Virus record (IMG/VR): IMGVR_UViG_3300048611_000078 | Coordinates: 1 to 42,660 of that record | Reading direction: 5' to 3' (one strand) | Length of the DNA stretch: 42,660 nucleotides | Origin: a virus | Lineage: Duplodnaviria > Caudoviricetes | In this document: positions 7,008-14,814 of the stretch, piece by piece | Position numbering within the stretch: the first letter of the stretch is position 1 | Layout of the letters: each line of letters begins with the position of its first letter | Notes under the pieces: generated by a model | Database searches by the model: none | Told to the model about the DNA's origin: nothing | The model's input: the letters and a program-made list of their open reading frames with translations, nothing else | Translations under genes and position numbers: made by a program

Positions 7008-9359
7008 ATGTTTAAATTTCCAGAAACAAAATTACGCGATTACCAAGGAGAAACCGTGCGGCAGGCGCGGGAATTTTTTAGGCAAGGGAAGAAGAGGCTG
7101 GTTATCATGCTGGCGACGGCGTCGGGAAAGACGGTTATCAGTACCCACATGATAAAGCAGGCGGCGGCTAAAGGCCTGCGGTGTGGGTTTGTATGTGATA
7201 GGATAGAGCTTATCAACCAAACATCCGCACGGCTGGATATGGAGGGCGTGTCCCATGGGGTAATTCAAGGGGATCATCCGCGTTATGATCCCGCAGAGCA
7301 AGTACAAGTTTGTTCTATCCAAACACTGGCCCGTAGAAAGACGAAACAGTTTGACCTGATCATTGTGGATGAATGTTTTGATGGCGAAACATTGGTGCAG
7401 ACAGTGAGCGGCCCGAAGCCAATAAAACTTGTGCACAGCGGAGACATGGTATATAATGCGCTTGGAGTAGGGGAAGTAATATCCGTAAGCGCCCGGCCGC
7501 TGGGTGAACGCAAACTTTTTAACGTGAGGTTTTCGGATGGGACACAATCCAGGTGTACAGGAGAACACAGATTTTTTACAGGCGGATCATGGGTGCAGAC
7601 CAGGGAGTTGGAGGGAAAAAGCGTTGTCAGCTTCCAAGACTTGTCCTGTGTGCGGGGTTGTGTTCAAGCCATGGGCGAGACAGGGGAAAGACGGGAGGAT
7701 GAACATACTGTCACAAAAACAGTGGGTTGTGCAAACGTGTTGCTCGAAGTCTTGCTCGAAGAAGCTGACAAACCCCATGTTTTCAGAGAAGGTCAGGGAA
7801 AAACAGTCGGCCACACTCAAAAGAATAGGACACAAGCCGCCGGTGCGAGGGGGAAACGGCATGGGGATGACAAAACCACAAGGGGAATTACTCAAGGCGC
7901 TGGGACCGGGGTGGGTTGCGGAACATGTGGTGAAAACCCACCTAAAAGCAGCAGACGGGTATCCCCATCACTACAAGGTGGATATAGCAAATCCGAAAAA
8001 GATGATTGTTATAGAGGTGGACGGGAAGTCGCACAACTTGTTATCAAGAAGGGCGCAAGATGCGAAAAAAACTGCGCTATTGGTGAAATTAGGGTGGTCA
8101 GTGTACAGGCTGAAGAATGCAGCCGCACTACAGTTGTCTACAATCTCGGAGTCAGCGGACACCCTTCTTATTTCGCTAATGGCAAGCTAGTCCACAATTG
8201 CCAGACCTTCCATACTGCCCACAAACGTCTAATGGCAGACAACGAGGGAAGTTTCATCATCGGTCTTTCCGCAACCCCATTCACAAAAGGGCTTGGCAAA
8301 CATTTTGACGGCCTTATCTCGCCGGTGACAGCCAAACAGCTCATCGCGCAGGGGCACCTGGTGGGATTCAAGGTATTTGGTCCTCGGACCATTGACGTGA
8401 CGGGGATAAAAATAGTCGCAGGGGATTACGACCAGACAGAACTTGGCGAGCGAGCCGACAAGCCAAAGATCGTTGCGGATATCGTCAAGACGTGGCTGGA
8501 AAAAGGCGGAAACCGGCAGACGATATGTTTTGCCACAAACGTGGCGCATTCAAAGCATATCGTGCGGGAGTTTCAAAAGGCGGGAGTGCTGGCGGAGCAC
8601 ATCGACTCATTCACCGATAAAGACACCAGGGCGGCGGTATTAAGGCGGCTGGCAAACTTTGAAACCCGGATTGTCTCATGCGTGGACATTCTGACAAAGG
8701 GTTTTGATTGCCCGGTAGTTTCCTGCATCATCCAGGCCCTGCCCACAAAGTCATTGATGCGCCATATTCAGCAAATCGGGCGGGGGCTTCGCACGTCACA
8801 AGGAAAAACAGAGTGCTGCATTTTGGACCACGCCGGGAACCATGAACGGCTCGGCTTTATTGACGATATAGAATTTACCGAGCTTGATGATGGGAAAAAG
8901 AAGGAGGCAAGCTCCAAGAAAGCAAAGGATAAGCCGGAAAAGTTGCCGTTAGTGTGTCCATCGTGCGACTACATGAAGCCAGCGGGGGTAAGGAAGTGCC
9001 CGGCGTGTGGATTGATAGCGGAACATATTGCAGACGTAGAAACAGAAGAAGGGGAACTGCGAGAGGTCAAGAGAAACCGGAAGGGGTATACTCTGGCGCA
9101 AAAGCAAGCGTTCTTGGCCGGGTTGAACTCATATGCAGTTGAAAAGGGGTTCAGAATAGGGCGGGGAGGGGTGTATGGGTGGAGCCTGCATAAGTACAAG
9201 GACTTTTTCGGTTGTGATCCATGCTCAAAAATAGAATGGGGGGCACGGGGTCCGATTGGTGAAGATGTGCGGAAATTCATCACACATGTAAATATAAAAT
9301 GGGCAAAATCAAAAGAGAGAAAACCAGAAAGCGCATTAAGCGGATGGCAGAACGATTAG
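7008..9359 (+). CDS. SF2 (Res/RadD-like) DNA helicase containing an intein
   Basis: LRDYQ, ATASGKT, VDE-[intein]-CQ, LSATP, GFD, QQIGRGLR, C-terminal zinc ribbon; start 7008 (or 6996). Confidence 0.9.
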   Translation: MFKFPETKLRDYQGETVRQAREFFRQGKKRLVIMLATASGKTVISTHMIKQAAAKGLRCGFVCDRIELINQTSARLDMEGVSHGVIQGDHPRYDPAEQVQVCSIQTLARRKTKQFDLIIVDECFDGETLVQTVSGPKPIKLVHSGDMVYNALGVGEVISVSARPLGERKLFNVRFSDGTQSRCTGEHRFFTGGSWVQTRELEGKSVVSFQDLSCVRGCVQAMGETGERREDEHTVTKTVGCANVLLEVLLEEADKPHVFREGQGKTVGHTQKNRTQAAGARGKRHGDDKTTRGITQGAGTGVGCGTCGENPPKSSRRVSPSLQGGYSKSEKDDCYRGGREVAQLVIKKGARCEKNCAIGEIRVVSVQAEECSRTTVVYNLGVSGHPSYFANGKLVHNCQTFHTAHKRLMADNEGSFIIGLSATPFTKGLGKHFDGLISPVTAKQLIAQGHLVGFKVFGPRTIDVTGIKIVAGDYDQTELGERADKPKIVADIVKTWLEKGGNRQTICFATNVAHSKHIVREFQKAGVLAEHIDSFTDKDTRAAVLRRLANFETRIVSCVDILTKGFDCPVVSCIIQALPTKSLMRHIQQIGRGLRTSQGKTECCILDHAGNHERLGFIDDIEFTELDDGKKKEASSKKAKDKPEKLPLVCPSCDYMKPAGVRKCPACGLIAEHIADVETEEGELREVKRNRKGYTLAQKQAFLAGLNSYAVEKGFRIGRGGVYGWSLHKYKDFFGCDPCSKIEWGARGPIGEDVRKFITHVNIKWAKSKERKPESALSGWQND
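7374..8198 (+). mobile_element. Intein (275 aa) inserted in helicase motif II
   Basis: Block A CFDGETLV, block B TGEHRF, block F VYNLGV, block G SYFANGKLVHN followed by Cys+1. Confidence 0.92.
7537..8190 (+). CDS. DUF559/Vsr-like PD-(D/E)XK endonuclease overprinted in the +1 frame of the intein
   Basis: CPVC...CCSKSC zinc motif; YKVDIA...IVIEVDGKSH...D..K...L..LGWSVYR; likely start TTG 7624 with GGAGG at 7610-7614. Confidence 0.8.
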   Translation: MGHNPGVQENTDFLQADHGCRPGSWREKALSASKTCPVCGVVFKPWARQGKDGRMNILSQKQWVVQTCCSKSCSKKLTNPMFSEKVREKQSATLKRIGHKPPVRGGNGMGMTKPQGELLKALGPGWVAEHVVKTHLKAADGYPHHYKVDIANPKKMIVIEVDGKSHNLLSRRAQDAKKTALLVKLGWSVYRLKNAAALQLSTISESADTLLISLMAS

Positions 9360-9368
9360 GAGCAGAAA

Positions 9369-9596
9369 ATGAAAATGGGGATTTCGGTCAAGATGGACGT
9401 GACAAAGCTCGACAAGACGAAGTTTTTTGTTGGGAAAAAAGGGACGTATGCCGACCTTACTGTTTTCTTGGACACCGAGGAAACAAGCGAATACGGGGAT
9501 AACGGCACCGTGGCGCAATCGGCCAGCAAAGAAGACCGTGATGCAGGGAAGAAGATGCCGATACTGGGAAATGTTAAGGTTTTTTACAAGGCATAA
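9369..9596 (+). CDS. Small conserved phage protein, possibly ssDNA-binding
   Basis: AGGAG SD; KLDK...GKKGTY.DL...YG...Q..SKE.R...PILGN pattern. Confidence 0.65.
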   Translation: MKMGISVKMDVTKLDKTKFFVGKKGTYADLTVFLDTEETSEYGDNGTVAQSASKEDRDAGKKMPILGNVKVFYKA

Positions 9597-9702
9597 TCCG
9601 CAGATTACTAGCGGGGGAACTCACCACCGACCAGGCGGAAGCAATACAACGCATGACGAATCGGGAAATAGCGCATTTGATAAGGAGGGAGGGGAGATAA
9701 TG
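9512..9702 (+). repeat. 191-bp inverted repeat, copy 1 (partner 38901-39091)
   Basis: Ungapped manual alignment, about 31 mismatches (~84% identity). Confidence 0.9.
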
Positions 9703-10056
9703 GACGCTTGCATGTCACAAGAAGAAAAAATCATCTTGTTGTCCGAATTCGCGGCAGGCACCATTTGCGAACTAAGCCACGGACCATGCGACAACACCGA
9801 ACATGCGGCCATTGATTACCTTGTTATCCCGATGGGCACCAAAGACCAGCACGGGATAGAAACCATAATTGACAAACTCACGATCCCCATTTGCGAAGAC
9901 TGCCAGAAGGGGCTGAACGACGGGGAGTGGTATTTGCACTACTGCTTGCGGTGCGGTGAGAGTGCCTGGGAGATAAAGGAGTTGAGCCGCAGGAAATACC
10001 CGGACACGCTGGTTTTGATGAAATATTGCCATAGCTGTGTGACATTGCAAGATTAA
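9700..10056 (+). CDS. Cys-rich hypothetical protein
   Basis: GGAGG SD; CEDC, CLRC, CHSC. Confidence 0.65.
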   Translation: MDACMSQEEKIILLSEFAAGTICELSHGPCDNTEHAAIDYLVIPMGTKDQHGIETIIDKLTIPICEDCQKGLNDGEWYLHYCLRCGESAWEIKELSRRKYPDTLVLMKYCHSCVTLQD

Positions 10057-10062
10057 TAGGTT

Positions 10063-10149
10063 TTTCGAGGGGGGAAGCCAGGCGACCGCGCCTGTGAACT
10101 ACGAAAATGCCCGGTGCTACTCGCGGTCGCATGGGGTGATTGGTTAAAC
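10063..10149 (-). mobile_element. attC-like site A1 (R' box degenerate)
   Basis: Minus strand: GTTTAAC-caatc-ACCCCAT-GCGACCGCG...CGCGGTCGC-CTGGCT; no GTT at the R' position. Confidence 0.65.
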
Positions 10150-10158
10150 TGGAGACTT

Positions 10159-10482
10159 ATGAAAATTGACATGATTTATGTGTGGGCTGCCGGTTTGCTG
10201 CTGGTGATGTTGTTTCAGAATTTTTTCACCGTTAAAAAGACTGATTATGACGTTTCGTACTCCTACACCACAAACGAAATGGGCTACATCGCCTACGGGC
10301 AGACAACGATTGTTTGCACCGGTAATGCCGATCTTGATTGGGCATCGCTTCGCGTCTGGCTGGTGAAGGACGTTAAAGCTCGGACTGGCGAGGATTCGGC
10401 CGTTGTGACGGTGCTTGGAACAAATAAGCGCGATAGTGACAGATATTGGCGGCCATTCTGGATGGTTATTTCTTCTGTTTAA
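10159..10482 (+). CDS. Cassette-borne membrane-anchored protein
   Basis: GGAG SD; N-terminal TM helix; stop TAA lies within the R' box of site A2. Confidence 0.7.
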   Translation: MKIDMIYVWAAGLLLVMLFQNFFTVKKTDYDVSYSYTTNEMGYIAYGQTTIVCTGNADLDWASLRVWLVKDVKARTGEDSAVVTVLGTNKRDSDRYWRPFWMVISSV

Positions 10483-10564
10483 CGCCTAAATTACCGCGAC
10501 CGCGCCACCGTTGGCTGGTGATATGGCAGGGCTACTCGCGGTCGCGCTGAATTTTTTGTTAAAC
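10477..10564 (-). mobile_element. Intact attC-like site A2 (88 bp)
   Basis: Minus strand: R'' GTTTAAC-aaaaa-L'' ATTCAGC-GCGACCGCG...CGCGGTCGC-L' GGTAAT-ttaggc-R' GTTAAAC, matching canonical attC spacing. Confidence 0.85.
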
Positions 10565-10578
10565 GACTAGGGGAAATC

Positions 10579-10782
10579 ATGAGTAACAGCAGAACGTTGG
10601 CCGCAGCAATGACAATGATGGTGGTGGGTGCAGGAGCTTTAGAAGTGCTTCAATACCAGGCGCCATACCGCGATGTTTCCGATCCGTACAGCCATAAGAG
10701 CGGCAGGAAAAGGAACAGATGGAAAAAAGACTTATTGATTAAGGGCAAACGATTAAAAAGCAAATACTGCCTGCCTCGGTGA
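10579..10782 (+). CDS. Cassette-borne small basic protein
   Basis: AGGGG SD; stop 1 nt before the R' box of site A3. Confidence 0.6.
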   Translation: MSNSRTLAAAMTMMVVGAGALEVLQYQAPYRDVSDPYSHKSGRKRNRWKKDLLIKGKRLKSKYCLPR

Positions 10783-10783
10783 C

Positions 10784-10817
10784 GTTTAACGACAGAAATA
10801 ACGGGCGGCTTTAGCCG
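10784..10817 (-). mobile_element. attC-like half-site A3 (L'-R' arm only)
   Basis: Minus strand: CGGCTAAAGCCGCCC-GTTATT-tctgtc-GTTAAAC. Confidence 0.6.
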
Positions 10818-10847
10818 GACACCACCAGCCGCCGAAAAGGAGATTGC

Positions 10848-11168
10848 TTGAGCCGCAAGAAACCAATTACCCCGAATAGCCAAATACGCTCCGCGCTCCG
10901 GCAGCTTTTTCTCCGCAGCCGCGAACGGGCGAAGTGCATAAAAGATGCGCAGGGCACATGCTCCTGTGGAAAGAAGCAGAGCAAGGCCAAGGGGCGCGAA
11001 GTGAAGATCAACGTGCATCATGTCCATGGGATAGATTGGGATGGCCTGATTGATTTGGTGCGTGAAAGGCTACTTAGTGGAGAAATGGTGGTCAAGTGTT
11101 TGGATTGCCATGACAGGGAGCACACGGAAAAGGCCGGGTCAGATTGCGGAGAACCTGACCCGGCTTGA
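10848..11168 (+). CDS. HNH-type (NinG-like) nuclease
   Basis: CSC...VHH...CLDCH..EH; AAGGAG SD, TTG start. Confidence 0.6.
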   Translation: MSRKKPITPNSQIRSALRQLFLRSRERAKCIKDAQGTCSCGKKQSKAKGREVKINVHHVHGIDWDGLIDLVRERLLSGEMVVKCLDCHDREHTEKAGSDCGEPDPA

Positions 11169-11351
11169 TTATCCAGCCAAATGCAACAGATGATCCCGCA
11201 GCAAAATAATAGCCGCCGACTGTTGCTTGGTTGGCCCCCTGGTGTTTTCAATCCTGTTTATTGCCTGCTGAGACATTCCGAGGGTAACACCAAGCTCAGC
11301 CTGGGTGAGCCGCATTTCCTTGCGGATGGCCCTGTATTCTTCCCCGGTCAT
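11169..11351 (-). CDS. XRE-family HTH protein
   Basis: RAIRKEMRLTQAELGVTLGMSQQAINRIEN. Confidence 0.8.
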   Translation of the reverse strand: MTGEEYRAIRKEMRLTQAELGVTLGMSQQAINRIENTRGPTKQQSAAIILLRDHLLHLAG

Positions 11352-11623
11352 TTTGTCACCATCGCGAACCTGGGGGTGGTCTCGCAAGACAATTTGCCGG
11401 TTGCGCGGTCCAGGCTCCGGTCAATCACGAAAAATACATCGTGCAAAAAGTCCTTATCGCTGGCATTGAGCAACCCGTCAAGATCCAGCGGGCAGCCGTT
11501 ACAGTGACAGGCCGTAATGTACATTTGCATGGCGAGGCGGTCACGGTGTGCGCATTTAAGGGCGCGGTCTGCGATGAGAGAAATCAGGGTTTGCTCCTCG
11601 GGTGTGGCATCGTACTTGATCAT
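11348..11623 (-). CDS. Conserved phage protein (DUF6874-like)
   Basis: TACHCNGCPLDLDGLL...FLHDV...LDRATGKL...PRF. Confidence 0.65.
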   Translation of the reverse strand: MIKYDATPEEQTLISLIADRALKCAHRDRLAMQMYITACHCNGCPLDLDGLLNASDKDFLHDVFFVIDRSLDRATGKLSCETTPRFAMVTK

Positions 11624-11635
11624 AGCGTAGTCCTC

Positions 11636-11818
11636 CTAGGCAACTGTCCGTAATGGTTTGATCCGGTAGGCCCCGACAATTTTACCCCTTGCGTCATACA
11701 AGTTAGGGTAGCATCCAGGGCCTGGGACCCCCTCTTTCTCCAGGCGATCCGCTAAGGCTCTGAGCGCACGGATAAGCTCCTTTGCCGTGGAAAATCTCAT
11801 GGTCATTACCAGCCGCAT
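11636..11818 (-). CDS. Hypothetical protein
   Basis: AGGAGG SD; LRALADRLE...LYDARGKIVG. Confidence 0.55.
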   Translation of the reverse strand: MRLVMTMRFSTAKELIRALRALADRLEKEGVPGPGCYPNLYDARGKIVGAYRIKPLRTVA

Positions 11819-11821
11819 GAG

Positions 11822-11932
11822 TTACCCCTCCTGTTCAAGGTCGTTGATTGCAGAAACCACGCTGGCTACGATAACCAACGCAGCGAAGAAAACAGCCGCG
11901 AAAACATAATACACGAAAAATTCGCACCACAT
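11822..11932 (-). CDS. Small membrane peptide (36 aa)
   Basis: AGGAGG SD; single TM helix. Confidence 0.5.
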   Translation of the reverse strand: MWCEFFVYYVFAAVFFAALVIVASVVSAINDLEQEG

Positions 11933-12074
11933 AGTTACCCCTCCTGATAATATTGGAGACAAAGCACCTGTGCCTTGACACCGGACAGGCAGTAAGAATC
12001 GGTTTGAAACAGGCGACCATGAAACCAGACAACGTGCAGCGAGTGCGTTCCTGTGTTGATCTGGGTTGAGAATT

Positions 12075-12242
12075 TCATGGTTTATCCTTGCCCGGTATAG
12101 GCTCCGGACTGGCCCGGCTCCCCGCCATTGCGTCAAGCTCGGCCAGGAGATCGCGGGGCAGCAAGATAGAAACCGGCACTTTCTTTTCTTTCTGTGCCAA
12201 GAGAGGTCGGCCCGCCCCCGGTCGTCTGCCGCCCTTACTCAT
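12075..12242 (-). CDS. Ribbon-helix-helix (CopG-like) DNA-binding protein
   Basis: GGRRPGAGRP...VSILLPRDLLAELD. Confidence 0.65.
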   Translation of the reverse strand: MSKGGRRPGAGRPLLAQKEKKVPVSILLPRDLLAELDAMAGSRASPEPIPGKDKP

Positions 12243-12477
12243 CTCGCAACGCCTTAAGAACAAGATTAACTGCCTGGGCTTTATTGTAATTCGCCGTTTC
12301 GTCATCTACGATCTCGTCAATCCACGCCTCATAAGCGTCTACGCTTTCAAAGGTTCTTTCGCCAGCATCTTCAAAATCGGAGTGTTCAGCGACAATTCGC
12401 ACACACTCACCATCCGTATATTTTGCGATACTCCACCCGTTCAACGCTGTTCCGAATATATATTTTTCGAATTTCAT
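12235..12477 (-). CDS. Hypothetical protein
   Basis: AAGGGGG SD, 80 aa. Confidence 0.55.
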   Translation of the reverse strand: MKFEKYIFGTALNGWSIAKYTDGECVRIVAEHSDFEDAGERTFESVDAYEAWIDEIVDDETANYNKAQAVNLVLKALRDE

Positions 12478-12491
12478 AGTCTTTCCCCCTT

Positions 12492-12809
12492 TTAAGAAAT
12501 TTGGCAGTGAGAACAAACGCCACGGCTATCAAGCATACTGTTCGGGAACCAGTCTGTGCAGACACAACAAAGCCCGCCTTCTGTCTTATTCTTTTTGCTT
12601 TGTTTCCGTGCGTTTTCGTCCATTGCTTCGCGCATGCTTTTAACAGACATCAAATTTTTATTTCCGAACATTGTCCGCCCGCCCTTAATCGCCTTTTTAA
12701 TCTTGTCGCCGCGCTCAAGCAGAATCAGCACGCTGTTGTCAAGACCGTCTATGCTTTCTATTTTTCCTATTTCAATTATTTCGTTGTTTCTTCTCTCTAC
12801 AACTTTCAT
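12492..12809 (-). CDS. Hypothetical protein (possibly two fused small genes; internal SD + ATG)
   Basis: First gene after the leftward promoter; C-terminal CCVC...CSHC. Confidence 0.5.
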   Translation of the reverse strand: MKVVERRNNEIIEIGKIESIDGLDNSVLILLERGDKIKKAIKGGRTMFGNKNLMSVKSMREAMDENARKQSKKNKTEGGLCCVCTDWFPNSMLDSRGVCSHCQIS

Positions 12810-12856
12810 TTTTCCGTCTCCCGGTTACGGCCAGCTATATGCTTGCCTTTGATTAT

Positions 12857-12955
12857 AAAATACAGCCGATGGATGTTTATGTCAAGAATAAAAATGCAAC
12901 TTGTGAAAATATTTTTAAAATATTATTTGCTAGTATGATTACACGGTGTTACAAT
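12857..12955. promoter_or_regulatory. Divergent sigma70 promoters in AT-rich intergenic region
   Basis: Leftward TTGACA-N17-TATTTT (12885-12857); rightward TTGCTA-N17-TACAAT (12927-12955). Confidence 0.65.
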
Positions 12956-12973
12956 GTTTTAAATGGAGCAATC

Positions 12974-13171
12974 ATGGGTAGAGCGTGCAAGATATGCGGG
13001 AAGAGTCTATCGCGGTACAACACCGGGACGGCCTGCTATTGTCATACGCACAACCCAGACGACCCGGAAAACATAGAACCACCTGCCGCGATATGCACCA
13101 GTCGGACATGTTATGGTTTTGAGCAAGCGTATCAAGACTACTATGGATTCGGGAGCAACAGGGGGAGATAG
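12974..13171 (+). CDS. Zinc-finger hypothetical protein
   Basis: GGAG SD; CKICGKSLSRYN...CYCH. Confidence 0.6.
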   Translation: MGRACKICGKSLSRYNTGTACYCHTHNPDDPENIEPPAAICTSRTCYGFEQAYQDYYGFGSNRGR

Positions 13172-13504
13172 ATGAAAAAGCTCGCAACATGGGTAATGCT
13201 ATTCTTCACGGTGCTGTTCGGCAGTTGTTCCACGGCGGCGGCTGGTAACTGGCGGCAGGCCAACGAAACAATCGAGCGTAGCGGCTTTGATGATGTTGTC
13301 CACGCAGGGGTAGGCCTGGGCGTATCGTATTTGGTCCACAGGTACTCAGGGCTGACCGGACGAAAAGCAGATGTGGTGGCGATACTGGCGGCAATCGCGG
13401 TTGGGACGGCCAAGGAGTTGACGGACAAGCACTTTGACGCTGGAGATGTTGCCGGTTATGGGATCGGCGCGGGGATTGGATGCGTGTTGACTTGGGAGTT
13501 TTAA
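13172..13504 (+). CDS. Membrane protein (YfiM/DUF2279-like)
   Basis: Signal-like N-terminus; HAGVG...GTAKELTD...FDAGD. Confidence 0.55.
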   Translation: MKKLATWVMLFFTVLFGSCSTAAAGNWRQANETIERSGFDDVVHAGVGLGVSYLVHRYSGLTGRKADVVAILAAIAVGTAKELTDKHFDAGDVAGYGIGAGIGCVLTWEF

Positions 13505-13505
13505 C

Positions 13506-13931
13506 ATGACCTGTATCGCATGGGACGGGAAAACACTGGCCGCAGACAAGATGTTTGTGCGTGGAGACACAATAGGGTCTGTGTTGAAAATATGGGCGTA
13601 CAGGGACGTTACGTTTGCCAGCTATGGCGATCTGTCTTTGGGAATACAGATGCGCGACCACCTTTTGAGTGATGAAAAGCCGTGGCCCAAGCCAGATGCG
13701 GAATGCTTTGCCGGGCTGGTGGTGTTGGACGGTAACGGCATCCATTTTTACGAGAGCGGGTCCAGCCCGGTGCCGATATATCCAACCGACAATATTTGCG
13801 CCTGGGGAGTTGGCAGAGAGGCGGCTCTTGGCGCAATGGAAATGGGGGCTGATGCAGTTAGGGCGGTAGAGGTAGCTAGTAAATGGGTTGGAGGATGTGG
13901 GCGCGGTGTTGACTCGATAACGGTGAGGTGA
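13506..13931 (+). CDS. Ntn-hydrolase, proteasome-beta/HslV-like protein
   Basis: N-terminal MTCIAWDGKTLAAD; AWGVG...ALGAM..GADA..AV..A. Confidence 0.7.
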   Translation: MTCIAWDGKTLAADKMFVRGDTIGSVLKIWAYRDVTFASYGDLSLGIQMRDHLLSDEKPWPKPDAECFAGLVVLDGNGIHFYESGSSPVPIYPTDNICAWGVGREAALGAMEMGADAVRAVEVASKWVGGCGRGVDSITVR

Positions 13932-14168
13932 GATATGGGCGCAATTTTCGCTATAGGTGGCTGTATTTGCATGGGGATGGCATTTGGCCCGTGGGTTGGT
14001 GCCGGGATTTTACTTTTTCTTCTTGCGGCGGCGTGGTAAGCAATGAACACGGAAACAGTTGAGTGGTGGGTACTGGTTATATCCGGCTGCATTTGTGCTG
14101 GTATGCTGCTCGGCTGGTGGTATGGTGCTGCCGCGTTGTCAATTATTTGTTGCACACAGGATTAAGAC

Positions 14169-14690
14169 ATGACGCAGCGTAAGACGAGAGCCAAGGCGCA
14201 AACCGTAAAGCCGTTGACCAAGAAGGGCAAGGAGACAAAGCGGCCAGACCTGATCGGCAATCAATTCTGGAAAGCCCGATCTTCCCATGGACGCAAGCCT
14301 ATCTTTTCTGATCCCGAACAACTCCGCAGCGCATCTCTTGAATACATCGCATGGGTAGAGAACAACCCACTACAAGAAGAAAAGGTGTTTTGTTACCAGG
14401 GTTTTATCACTCGCGCAAACGTAAGCAAGCTCCGCGCTATGACTATTAACGGGTTGTGTCTGTTCCTGGACATTGACCAGATGACGTGGGCAGAGTACCG
14501 CAAGCGTGATGGTTTTACTGGTGTCACACGCGAGATAGAGGCTGCAATCTATGAGCAGAAGTTCTCTGGGGCCGCAGCAGAAATGCTTAACGCGAACATT
14601 ATTGCCCGCGAGTTGGGCTTGGCCGATAAGAAGGAGCTTTCTGGCGGGGTTACGCTGAAATTTGGGGCAGATGACGAGGGGTGCTTGTAA
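14169..14690 (+). CDS. terS: Terminase small subunit (P22 gp3-like)
   Basis: GNQFWKARSSHGRKPIF...RAMTINGLCLFL...QKFSGAAA.MLNANIIARELGL. Confidence 0.9.
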   Translation: MTQRKTRAKAQTVKPLTKKGKETKRPDLIGNQFWKARSSHGRKPIFSDPEQLRSASLEYIAWVENNPLQEEKVFCYQGFITRANVSKLRAMTINGLCLFLDIDQMTWAEYRKRDGFTGVTREIEAAIYEQKFSGAAAEMLNANIIARELGLADKKELSGGVTLKFGADDEGCL

Positions 14691-14814
14691 GTTTGCTCCA
14701 TTCCGTTCTTTCTGTGCGTTAGGCGGCATTTTTAGGTATTTCGGAAAAACAACAAGTTAAGTTTTATAGGTGCCGCGAAATGCCGCAATTATACTTCGAG
14801 TCAATCCTAACAAT

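Noticed and set aside
7613-7619. G-GGA-AAA slippery heptamer at the intein/endonuclease boundary
   Set aside because: A canonical -1 shift leads to the wrong frame (the nuclease is +1); internal initiation at TTG 7624 is simpler.
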